A DNA stretch of 64,000 nucleotides from positions 5,248,001 to 5,312,000 of the forward strand of contig CBDCOX010000002.1 in the NCBI GenBank assembly GCA_965219995.1. Reading direction: 5' to 3'. Shown here one piece after another: positions 50,917 through 59,462 of this stretch. The translations under genes were made by a program, and so were the position numbers. The notes below the pieces were generated by a model. It ran no database searches. It saw nothing but the letters and a program-made list of their open reading frames with translations, and was not told where the DNA came from. How positions within the stretch are numbered: the first letter of the stretch is position 1; every line of letters begins with the position of its first letter. The DNA comes from Candidatus Latescibacterota bacterium (lineage in GTDB: Bacteria; Latescibacterota; UBA2968; GCA-2709665).

Positions 50917-51543
50917 TTGGCCGAACGGCTCCCGGCGCCCCCGCCGCGCCTCCGCGACTTTGCGCCCCGCGACGGCGAGGTATTCGTTCTTCGCGCAAAT
51001 GCCCCGGTCTGGCGGCTCTATCGCAGTCTGCCGCACGACACGATCTGGTCCACGTTCCGTCAAGCCGGCCCGAGCTTCGATGCCCGCTTCGACCATCACT
51101 CCTCCCGCCGTGCCTCCAGACGCTCGATCCTGTACGCCGCCGACCACCTCGTAACCTGCCTGGCCGAAGCCTTCCAGCAAACCCGCGTCATCGATCCTTT
51201 CACCGATGCGCCCCGGCTGGCCGAAATCGCATTCGTTTCCGACCTCCGTCTCCTCGACCTGACCGGCCCGTGGATCACGCGCGCCGGCGGCAACATGGCC
51301 ATCAACTCCGGCCCGCGCGCAACGGCACGCCGTTGGTCCCGCGCGATCTACGACGCGTTCCCCGGCATCGACGGGCTACGCTACGGTTCCAGCATGCATG
51401 CGAATCAACCCTGCTACGCCCTTTACGACCGTGCCGAACCCTCGCTCGACTCTACCTCATTGTTCGACGAACGCCTGAGCCACCCCGAACTCGAAATCCT
51501 CCTCGACGAGGCGGCGCGAATCCTCGGCTACAAACTCAGCTAG
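50917..51543 (+). CDS. RES-domain toxin
   Basis: VWRLY, ARFDHH, ILYAA...TCLAEAFQ, LLDLTG, DGLRYGSSM, ALYDRA. Confidence 0.88.
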   Translation: MAERLPAPPPRLRDFAPRDGEVFVLRANAPVWRLYRSLPHDTIWSTFRQAGPSFDARFDHHSSRRASRRSILYAADHLVTCLAEAFQQTRVIDPFTDAPRLAEIAFVSDLRLLDLTGPWITRAGGNMAINSGPRATARRWSRAIYDAFPGIDGLRYGSSMHANQPCYALYDRAEPSLDSTSLFDERLSHPELEILLDEAARILGYKLS

Positions 51544-51931
51544 AGCAACCCAGCGGCAGCCCTCCAACCGTTCTTCGTCATCTCCGACAGCTTGTGAACC
51601 GTCCTGACAGTTGCGCACGGTTGCTCCCCGCCCCTGCCGGGCCGCCGTGCATGACCTCGAGACGCCGCACCGCCACGAGACGCTGGAGGAGGAGGGCCCG
51701 GCGATACGACCACGATCATGGCGTACTACGGGCGCAGGGCGCCGGCGCGGTAGTGTCGGGCCGTAGCCGCCGGCGGCACCCCCGACCGCCCGATATCAGG
51801 CCCGAATCGATCCGAGGCTCAGTTTTCCGGGTTTGTACGGCCACGCCCCGACGCGGACGATTCTAGTCCATTCGCCGCCGGGGGACGTGGCCCAGCCTGG
51901 TGGTCGCTCGTGGCCGCGGATGGGAACCCCC

Positions 51932-52411
51932 CTACAACTGCGTCTCGATCGGCAGCTCCGTGCTGTTCTTGATCTCCGTCACCGCGATGTGCGAGTGCAG
52001 TTCGCCGATGAAGGGGTTGCTCAGGAGCGTATTGCGCGCGAACGACTCGTAGTGGGCGATGTCGCGCGTCACGATCTTCAGGACGTAGTCCCAGATGCCT
52101 GCCATGGTGTAGCACTCCACCACTTCCGGGTGCCGGGCGATGGCGGTCTCGAACTCCTCCAGCCTGCGGCGCCCGTTGCTGGTCAGGTTGACCGTGGCGA
52201 ACACCACCACTTCCATCCCGAGCGCTCGGCGGTCGAGCAGCGCCACCCGCTTGCGGATGTATCCCGCCTGTTCGATGCGGTTGATGCGGCGCCAGCAGGG
52301 CGACTGGGAGAGATTGAGCCGCTCCGCGATGGCCCCGGTGGTCAGGTTCGCGTCGTTTTGCAGCAGGCGCAGGATTTCGACATCCGTTTTGCCCAGTTGT
52401 TGAGGCATCAC
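51932..52411 (-). CDS. Lrp/AsnC family regulator
   Basis: LSQSPCWRRINRIEQAGYI, PEVVECYTMAGIWDY. Confidence 0.93.
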   Translation of the reverse strand: MMPQQLGKTDVEILRLLQNDANLTTGAIAERLNLSQSPCWRRINRIEQAGYIRKRVALLDRRALGMEVVVFATVNLTSNGRRRLEEFETAIARHPEVVECYTMAGIWDYVLKIVTRDIAHYESFARNTLLSNPFIGELHSHIAVTEIKNSTELPIETQL

Positions 52412-52504
52412 ATTCCCCAGTTGCGCTATCCGACGAATAATCTATGCGCCAATAGGAGAAATGTATAGCTAATCCGAATAGAAATCCGCGCTGCTGGGAG
52501 TAAC

Positions 52505-55500
52505 ATGGTCCTCGACAAGGTCCCGCGAGATCAGATGGCCATGGCAACCCCGGCTCCCGTGCTGCAGCCCGTCTCCCTCGACGACAAGTACGCACTGGAG
52601 CGGGGACGGGCCTACATGACCGGCATCGAGGCGCTGGTGCGCCTGCCGATCGTGCAGCATCAGCGGGACCGCGCCCGCGGGCTGAACACGGCGGCGTTCA
52701 TCTCCGGTTACCGCGGGTCCCCGGTCGGCGGCTTCGACCAGGCCCTCTGGCAGGCGGGCCGCTGGCTCGACGAGCACAACGTCCACTTCAATCCCGGCCT
52801 GAACGAGGAACTCGCGGCCACGGCGGTCTGGGGGAGCCAGCAGACCAACCTGTTCGCCGGCGCCAGGTACGACGGCGTCTTCGGGATGTGGTACGGCAAG
52901 GGCCCCGGCGTCGACCGCAGCGTGGACGCCTTCAAGCACGCCAACGCCTGCGGCACCTCCCGCTACGGCGGGGTGCTGGCCATCGCCGGGGACGACCACG
53001 CGGCCAAGTCATCGACCCTGCCGCACCAGTCCGAACACATCTTCATCGGCGCCTCCATCCCGGTGCTCAATCCCGCAAACGTGCAGGAGGTGCTCGATCT
53101 CGGCATCTACGGGTGGGAACTGTCGCGCTACAGCGGCTGCTGGGTGGCGATGAAGGCCATCACGGACAGCATGGACTCCGCCATCTCCGCCGTCGTCGAT
53201 ACGGACCGGGTCGACGTCGTCGTACCGGAGGACTTCGAGCTTCCCGAAGGCGGCGTGCACGCGCGGTGGCCGGACTCCTGGCACGAGCAGGAGGTGCGCC
53301 TCAACCGGTACAAGATCTACGCGGCCCGGGAGTTCGCCCGCGTCAACGGCCTGAACCGCATCGTCCTCGACAGCCCCAACGCGCGCTTCGGCATCATCAC
53401 CACCGGCAAGGCGTACCTGGACGTGGTGCAGGCCCTGGAAGACCTCGGCATCGACGAGGCGACCGCCGCCCGGATCGGCCTGCGCGTCTTCAAGGTCGGC
53501 ATGAGCTGGCCGCTGGAACCGGTCTCCGCCCACGCGTTCGCCGACGGGCTCGAAGAGATCCTCGTGGTCGAGGAGAAGCGCTCGATCATAGAGGACCAGC
53601 TCACCGGCCAGCTCTACAACCAGCCGGTGGCCAGGTGCCCGCGCGTGGTCGGCGAGTTCGACGAGCACGGGCAGACTCTCCTGCCCAACTACGGCGAGCT
53701 GACGCCCGCCATGGTCGCCCGCGCCATCGCCGGCCGCATCGGCCGCTTTCACGACTCCGACGCCATGCGCGCCCGGCTCGCCTTCCTGGAACACAAGGAG
53801 CGCTCCCTGGCGCGGCCCCGCAAGACCGCCGAGCGCACGCCCTACTTCTGCTCCGGTTGCCCGCACAATACCTCCACGCGGGTTCCGGACGGCAGTCGCG
53901 CCGCCGCCGGCATCGGCTGCCACTACATGGCCACCTGGATGGCCGACCGCTCCACCGCCACGTTCACGCAGATGGGGGGCGAAGGCGCCGCCTGGATCGG
54001 CCAGGCGCCGTTCACCGACACGCCGCACATCTTCCAGAACCTGGGCGACGGCACCTACAACCACTCGGGCATCCTGGCCGTTCGCGCGGCCCGGGCGGCC
54101 GGCGTCTCGATGACCTACAAGATCCTCTGCAACGACGCGGTCGCCATGACCGGCGGGCAGCCGGTGGACGGCGAGTTCTCCGTCGGCAACCTGGTCCACC
54201 AGTTGCGCGGCGAGGGGATCGAGCGCATCGCCCTGGTCAGCGACGAACCCGGCGCCTGGCACGGACAGTTCCGGGAGGTGCCCGGGTTCACGCTGCACCA
54301 CCGGGACGAGATGGACGCCCTGCAGCGGGAACTGCGCGAGTTCAAGGGGGTCTCGGTGCTGGTCTATCAACAGACCTGCGCCGCCGAGAAGCGGCGCCGG
54401 CGCAAGCGCGGCCTGCTTGCGGACCCGCCCAAGCGCGTGTTCATCAACGAGGAGGTTTGCGAAGGATGCGGCGACTGCAGCCGCGCCTCGAACTGCCTCT
54501 CGGTGGTGCCGCTCGCGACGGAACTCGGCCGCAAGCGCAAGATCGACCAGAGCGCCTGCAACAAGGACTACAGTTGCGTCCACGGATTCTGCCCGAGCTT
54601 CGTGACCGTCCACGGCGGCGAACTGGCCCGACGCCCGGGCGTCGCCGGCTCCGTCGGCGACGCGTTCGGCGATCTGCCAGAGCCGCGGTTGCCGGACATC
54701 GACGCGCCCTGGAACGCCATCGTCACCGGCGTCGGCGGCACGGGCGTGCTGACGGTCACCGCCATGGTCGCGATGGCCGCACACATCGAGGGCAAGGGCT
54801 GCGCGACCATGAACCAGACCGGCCTCGCGCAGAAGTTCGGCGCCGTGGTCAGCCACGTGCGGGTGGCGAACCGGCAGGACGACATCAAGGCCTTACGGAT
54901 ATCGGCCGGCGAGGCGGACCTGATGCTCGGGTGCGACCTGGCCGTGGCCTCCGGTTTCGAGGCGCTGGCGAAGGTCCATGCCGGACGCTCGAACGCCGTG
55001 GTGAACTGCGCGGAAACGCCCAACGCCACCTTCGTGCTGAACCCGGACGCCGAGTTCCTCACCGCGGAGATGCAGCAGACCCTCCGCGAGGAAGTCGGCG
55101 AGGACCGCTGCCACTTCATCGACGCCACCGCCATCGCCACCGAACTGCTCGGCGACTCCATCGCGGGCAACCTCTTCCTGCTCGGATTCGCCTGGCAGCG
55201 GGGCCTGGTCCCCGTCAGCCGCGAGGCGCTCGAGCGGGCCATCGAGATCAACGGCGTCGCGGTGGAGTTCAACAAGCAGGCCTTCCTGTGGGGCCGCCGC
55301 GCCGCGCACGAACCCGAGCAGGTCACGCGCCTAGTCGGGACGGCGCTCGACAAACCCCGGTGCCTCCCGCTCGACGAACTGATCGCGGACCGGGCGGACC
55401 GCCTGACGGCGTATCAGAACGCCGCCTACGCGCGGGACTACACCGACTTCGTCCATCGCGTACGCGAGGCCGACCACCACCCCGAACACGAGCTGACCCG

Positions 55501-56023
55501 GGCCGTGGCCCAGGCCCTGCACAAGCTGATGGCCTACAAGGACGAGTACGAGGTGGCGCGCCTCTACGCGGACGGCGCGTTCCGACGCAGGCTGCAGGCG
55601 CAGTTCGCGGGCGACTACAAGCTGCGCTTCCACCTCGCGCCGCCGCTGCTGGCGCGGAGAGACCCAAACACCGGCCACCTGACCAAGCGCGAGTTCCCCG
55701 GCTGGACCCTCCACGTATTCGGCGTGCTCGCGAAACTCCGGTTTCTGCGCGGCTCCGCCTTCGACCTCTTCGGACGTTCCGGGGAACGGCGGCGGGAGCG
55801 GCAGGACATCGCGGACTACCGCACGCTGCTCGGCGAGTTGCTGCCCGACCTCACCGACGCCAACTACGCGGCGGCCGTGCAGCTCGCCGAGCTACCCCGG
55901 CAGTTGCGCGGTTTCGGACACGTCAAGGACGACAACCGTGAGCGGCTGAAGCTGCAGCGCGACGGGCTGCTCGCCGCGTTTCGGGGAGAGAGCCCGGTCA
56001 GGATCGTCGACGAGGCCGCCTGA
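52505..56023 (+). CDS. Indolepyruvate ferredoxin oxidoreductase, fused alpha/beta
   Basis: SGYRGSP, FCSGCPHNTS, GDGTYNHSG, CEGCGDC, GVGGTG, KLMAYKDEYEVARL. Confidence 0.95.
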   Translation: MVLDKVPRDQMAMATPAPVLQPVSLDDKYALERGRAYMTGIEALVRLPIVQHQRDRARGLNTAAFISGYRGSPVGGFDQALWQAGRWLDEHNVHFNPGLNEELAATAVWGSQQTNLFAGARYDGVFGMWYGKGPGVDRSVDAFKHANACGTSRYGGVLAIAGDDHAAKSSTLPHQSEHIFIGASIPVLNPANVQEVLDLGIYGWELSRYSGCWVAMKAITDSMDSAISAVVDTDRVDVVVPEDFELPEGGVHARWPDSWHEQEVRLNRYKIYAAREFARVNGLNRIVLDSPNARFGIITTGKAYLDVVQALEDLGIDEATAARIGLRVFKVGMSWPLEPVSAHAFADGLEEILVVEEKRSIIEDQLTGQLYNQPVARCPRVVGEFDEHGQTLLPNYGELTPAMVARAIAGRIGRFHDSDAMRARLAFLEHKERSLARPRKTAERTPYFCSGCPHNTSTRVPDGSRAAAGIGCHYMATWMADRSTATFTQMGGEGAAWIGQAPFTDTPHIFQNLGDGTYNHSGILAVRAARAAGVSMTYKILCNDAVAMTGGQPVDGEFSVGNLVHQLRGEGIERIALVSDEPGAWHGQFREVPGFTLHHRDEMDALQRELREFKGVSVLVYQQTCAAEKRRRRKRGLLADPPKRVFINEEVCEGCGDCSRASNCLSVVPLATELGRKRKIDQSACNKDYSCVHGFCPSFVTVHGGELARRPGVAGSVGDAFGDLPEPRLPDIDAPWNAIVTGVGGTGVLTVTAMVAMAAHIEGKGCATMNQTGLAQKFGAVVSHVRVANRQDDIKALRISAGEADLMLGCDLAVASGFEALAKVHAGRSNAVVNCAETPNATFVLNPDAEFLTAEMQQTLREEVGEDRCHFIDATAIATELLGDSIAGNLFLLGFAWQRGLVPVSREALERAIEINGVAVEFNKQAFLWGRRAAHEPEQVTRLVGTALDKPRCLPLDELIADRADRLTAYQNAAYARDYTDFVHRVREADHHPEHELTRAVAQALHKLMAYKDEYEVARLYADGAFRRRLQAQFAGDYKLRFHLAPPLLARRDPNTGHLTKREFPGWTLHVFGVLAKLRFLRGSAFDLFGRSGERRRERQDIADYRTLLGELLPDLTDANYAAAVQLAELPRQLRGFGHVKDDNRERLKLQRDGLLAAFRGESPVRIVDEAA

Positions 56024-56078
56024 AGCGCCTCGACGCGCGGGTGGAAACGGTACCCCGCCGGTCAGGCACCCGACCCGC

Positions 56079-56095
56079 GATGCACTTTGTGCATC
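56079..56095. terminator. Small hairpin between convergent genes
   Basis: GATGCAC-TTT-GTGCATC. Confidence 0.3.
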
Positions 56096-56151
56096 AACCC
56101 GAAGGCAGCGCGGTAGTGGGGCCAGGGAGGTGCCGCCGGCGCGCGAACCCT

Positions 56152-56511
56152 CTACCGAATGGCCGCAGCCCGCTCAAGCATCGTGCGGCATAGGGCTACG
56201 CTGCTGCGACCCGAGTCCTGGTCGAACGCCCTATCGATCTCGTAGTCGGCGAGGTTTCTGACTTTGCGCAATGAGCCGAGCTGATACGCTAGCCCTCGCG
56301 AGTCGTCTCTTTCCAGAAGGATGTCGGGAACGACACGATGAGACTCAGCGGTCGATAGGTCGGCGTGAGGGTCCATCAACGTGGCATGTTCACGACAGCG
56401 GTGGTACGCGGCGTAGTAGGCACGGCTCGTGGCGTTGCGCCAGTCCACTTCGTCGCTCCCCTCACTCATCGCCGCGGCGGACTCCAGAATCAACTCTGAA
56501 GTGACCGGCAC
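56152..56511 (-). CDS. HEPN-domain protein (UPF0332-like)
   Basis: RNATSRAYYAAYH, SH, LRKVRNLADY. Confidence 0.85.
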   Translation of the reverse strand: MPVTSELILESAAAMSEGSDEVDWRNATSRAYYAAYHRCREHATLMDPHADLSTAESHRVVPDILLERDDSRGLAYQLGSLRKVRNLADYEIDRAFDQDSGRSSVALCRTMLERAAAIR

Positions 56512-56549
56512 CTCCGAGCGTGCGCCGTAGGACGGCCCACGCTCGGAGG
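56511..56549 (-). promoter_or_regulatory. 17-bp stem-loop covering the HEPN ribosome-binding site and start
   Basis: CCTCCGAGCGTG-C-GCCGT-AGG-ACGGC-C-CACGCTCGGAGG; the mRNA 3' arm ends GGAGG, overlapping the GTG. Confidence 0.6.
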
Positions 56550-56598
56550 CAGGTAGGGCTGGGCCGCGGGCGGAGCCGGAGGCGACGGTTGCGGGGCG

Positions 56599-57354
56599 CT
56601 AGTCGTCTACCCCGACGAAGAGAGGGACAAAGCACAGCCCAGGATCCTGCACGAGATCGTCGTGAGAGACGATCTCGTCGGCGAGCCTCGAGTTCAATGC
56701 CGCCGCCGTTGCGGGGGAGGCTGCGACGAAACGCCGGTACAGAAACGAGTTCGGTTCGTCTTCGTCTAGCTGGCCGGTCGTCCTCGCGCCTCGCACACTG
56801 TCCGCGCGCTGCAAGTCGTTGGCGATTTCGAGAACTCGCTGGACATTGGACTCCCCTAGGGAGCCTGCATCGAAGGAAGCGACGAGCCTCTCCAACAGCC
56901 CGGTGGCGCCATGGGGAGCTTGGTTGGGACGCAAAGCGTTGAGGCAATGGCAGTACTCTCGCGCCATCCGGAATCGCCCAGTCTCCACGGCGCGCCCGAC
57001 CGTGTTGTCCAGAACGACTGTGTTGTCCGGTGCCTTCTCATGCGCGATGCACGCGGCGTCGAACGACTCTCCCCATTCGTCGACTATGGCCAGGGCAATC
57101 GAGTAGTTGTGGTGGGTCACGAAGCCGTCGGCATGCTGCAAGGCGATCCGGAAATGCTCTCGGACGCCTTGCGCATCAAAGCGGAGACTGGCTATCCCGC
57201 CGAGTACTGCGTGAGCGACAGCCGGGTCGACGCCCATCGCTGCCTCGGCGTCTCGCTCGAGTCTGCCCAATGAGATATCGCTCGGCGCATCCATGGCCAT
57301 CAAGCGATCGATCAGATCGTCGGCTTTGGTCTGCGATACTGGGATGTAGCTCAC
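56599..57354 (-). CDS. TPR-like helical protein with unknown C-terminal domain
   Basis: AHAVLGGIA, HFRIAL, HHNYSIAL, AHEKAPDN helical-repeat pattern. Confidence 0.7.
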   Translation of the reverse strand: MSYIPVSQTKADDLIDRLMAMDAPSDISLGRLERDAEAAMGVDPAVAHAVLGGIASLRFDAQGVREHFRIALQHADGFVTHHNYSIALAIVDEWGESFDAACIAHEKAPDNTVVLDNTVGRAVETGRFRMAREYCHCLNALRPNQAPHGATGLLERLVASFDAGSLGESNVQRVLEIANDLQRADSVRGARTTGQLDEDEPNSFLYRRFVAASPATAAALNSRLADEIVSHDDLVQDPGLCFVPLFVGVDD

Positions 57355-57492
57355 AAAGTCAACCCTTCATGCCGGCCCGCCGCGGGAGCCGTTGGCCGGC
57401 GTCATGGACCACGGTCCTGCGAGGCCGACTGCACTTGTATGGTAGCCCCTGTGGGCTGTCAAGGGCCGTCCCATAGCGGCTGGAGGCCGAGC

Positions 57493-57612
57493 CGGCGGCG
57501 GGCGGCAGGACATCGCCGACTACCCGACCCTGCTCGGCGAGCTGCTGCCCGACCTCACCGAAGCCAACTACGCGGCGGCCGTCCAGCTCGCCGAGCTACC
57601 CCTGCAGTTGCG
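57493..57612 (+). repeat. Diverged ~120-bp copy of 55787-55908 (oxidoreductase 3' region)
   Basis: Direct alignment: one 2-nt gap and seven changed codons. Confidence 0.92.
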
Positions 57613-57637
57613 ACCAGCGTCGACCAATCTTTAGCAC

Positions 57638-57693
57638 GGAAAGATTGTCTTATCTTTCCTTACAGATGACGCTTTTCGCCTATTGTAAGGAAA
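57638..57693. promoter_or_regulatory. AT-rich overlapping inverted repeats, putative operator
   Basis: GGAAAGAT-N6-ATCTTTCC (57638-57659) and TTTCCTTACA-N19-TGTAAGGAAA (57655-57693). Confidence 0.55.
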
Positions 57694-57715
57694 TATTTGA
57701 TAATCTTTGGTCGTA

Positions 57716-59365
57716 ATGACGACCGTCCCTCAGATCGGCGAAGTCCCCGGTTCCCTCACCCGAGACGCGTTCTGGGAGTTGCTCGGGCACGTGGAGCACG
57801 CCCAGCTCGACTTCAAGCGGGGCGTTGCGACCGATGTCCGCGACACGATCGCCGCGATGGCGATGACGGAGGGCGGCTTGATCGTCCACGGCGTGGACGA
57901 GCAGCGGCGCATCGTCGGCTGCCCGCTATCCCGGAACACGCAGGACCGGATCACGCGCATCGCCATGGAGTGCGGCGTGGATGTCCAGGTTCGCCAGGTG
58001 ACCGTCGCGGACGTGGCGCTCACCCTCACCGCGGTTCCCGCCGTCCGCGGCCGGATCGTCACAACCCCGGACGGGCGGTTGCTGCGGCGTGTCGGGGGCG
58101 ACTCTCAGCCGCTACGGGGCGACGCCATGGCCCGCTTCGTCCGCGAACGGGAGCAGCGCACCGCGGAAGACCAACCCGTCGCGAGTGTCGAGGCGTTCGA
58201 CCCGTCCGCATTCTCGGTCGCAGCGATCAACGAAGCGCTTCTTGCCGACGGTCGTCCGGCGATCGACGCCGGGCGCGTACCGCGCGCCCTCGAGGACCTT
58301 CGCGTCGCAATCCCCGCGTCGCCGCCCCTGGATCAGCGCGTCCTTCGCGCCGCGGTCGTGCTGTTCGCAAATGATCCCCGTGACGTGCTCCGGGGCGCCG
58401 CCGTCCAGCTTGTCCGGCGTTCCGGCACGGGGCCTCGCAGCGGGCCCTCGATCGAGCGAGCCGAGTGCGCGGGTCCCCTGGCAGAAACCGTCGCGTGCTC
58501 AATGGACTTCATCTCCCGGCACGGCGGCGGGATGGAGGTCGTGACCGGCGGCCGCAGGGAGGCTTTGCCGACTTATCCGCCGACGGTGGTCAGGGAAGCC
58601 GTGGTTAACGCCCTTGCGCATCGGGATTACGCATTGGCCGGTGCGACCGTGGACGTCACGGTGTGGGACGACCGGGTCGAGGTCAGGAGCCCGGGCGGTC
58701 TGCCCGGACACATCACGGTCGACAACATGCGCGGGGAACACTACAGCCGGAATCCGCGCATCATGCGGGTGCTGAAGACGCTCGGCTACGTGGAGGAGTA
58801 CGGTGAGGGGGTCGATCGGATGTTCCGCGAGATGGAGGCCCGACTCATGGAACCGCCGATCTTCGAAGCGACCGCCGCTTCCGTGACGGTGACGCTGCGC
58901 AACAGCGTGCTGGTCGACGTCGACGACCAAGTCTGGCTCAACGAGCTCGGCGCTGACGGGCTCGGGCGCAACGAGGCCCGCGTGCTGGTCGCGGCCCGTC
59001 GCCGGGGCGCCGTCACGCCGCGGTCATTGCGCGCGTGGATTCCGGAGACGGAGGTCGATGCGATGCTGGCACGAATGGTCTCGAAAGGACTGTTGCGCCG
59101 CGTTGGCATTCGCGGCGGCTCGCGTTACGTGCTGTCGGACACGACCATCGCCCGGGCGGGGGCGGGACCGCCGGACGACCGGCAGGTCCACCGACAGGCG
59201 CTGCTCGACGAAATCCGTCATCGGGGCAGCCTGTCGTCCCCGGAGGGCGCGATGCTGATCGACCGGGACGCCGCCTACGCCCGTGCCCTGTTGAACGAGC
59301 TTGCCGAAGCGGGGTTGGTCCGGGCGGAGGGGCGGACGCGGGCGCGGCGCTACTATCCGGATTGA
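57716..59365 (+). CDS. AlbA_2 + HATPase_c_4 (RecG-C-like) + wHTH protein
   Basis: EHAQLDFKRG, GGLIVHGVDE, REAVVNALAHRDY, SPGGL, RNPRI, GEGVDRM, GRTRARRY. Confidence 0.9.
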   Translation: MTTVPQIGEVPGSLTRDAFWELLGHVEHAQLDFKRGVATDVRDTIAAMAMTEGGLIVHGVDEQRRIVGCPLSRNTQDRITRIAMECGVDVQVRQVTVADVALTLTAVPAVRGRIVTTPDGRLLRRVGGDSQPLRGDAMARFVREREQRTAEDQPVASVEAFDPSAFSVAAINEALLADGRPAIDAGRVPRALEDLRVAIPASPPLDQRVLRAAVVLFANDPRDVLRGAAVQLVRRSGTGPRSGPSIERAECAGPLAETVACSMDFISRHGGGMEVVTGGRREALPTYPPTVVREAVVNALAHRDYALAGATVDVTVWDDRVEVRSPGGLPGHITVDNMRGEHYSRNPRIMRVLKTLGYVEEYGEGVDRMFREMEARLMEPPIFEATAASVTVTLRNSVLVDVDDQVWLNELGADGLGRNEARVLVAARRRGAVTPRSLRAWIPETEVDAMLARMVSKGLLRRVGIRGGSRYVLSDTTIARAGAGPPDDRQVHRQALLDEIRHRGSLSSPEGAMLIDRDAAYARALLNELAEAGLVRAEGRTRARRYYPD

Positions 59366-59462
59366 CAAGCACGGGCAGGCCCCCCTCACCACAGCATGGA
59401 ATGTTGCAGGGCGGTGGCAACATTGGTCCAATCCCCGGCGGCAACAACCTGGAGCGTTCATC

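Noticed and set aside
36000-51600. Integron cassette array or prophage
   Set aside because: No intI, no repeated attC-like sites, mixed orientations and no phage structural genes; DUF5131 alone does not indicate a prophage
51545-51930. Possible ncRNA or gene remnant in the long intergenic region
   Set aside because: No convincing structure or protein motif
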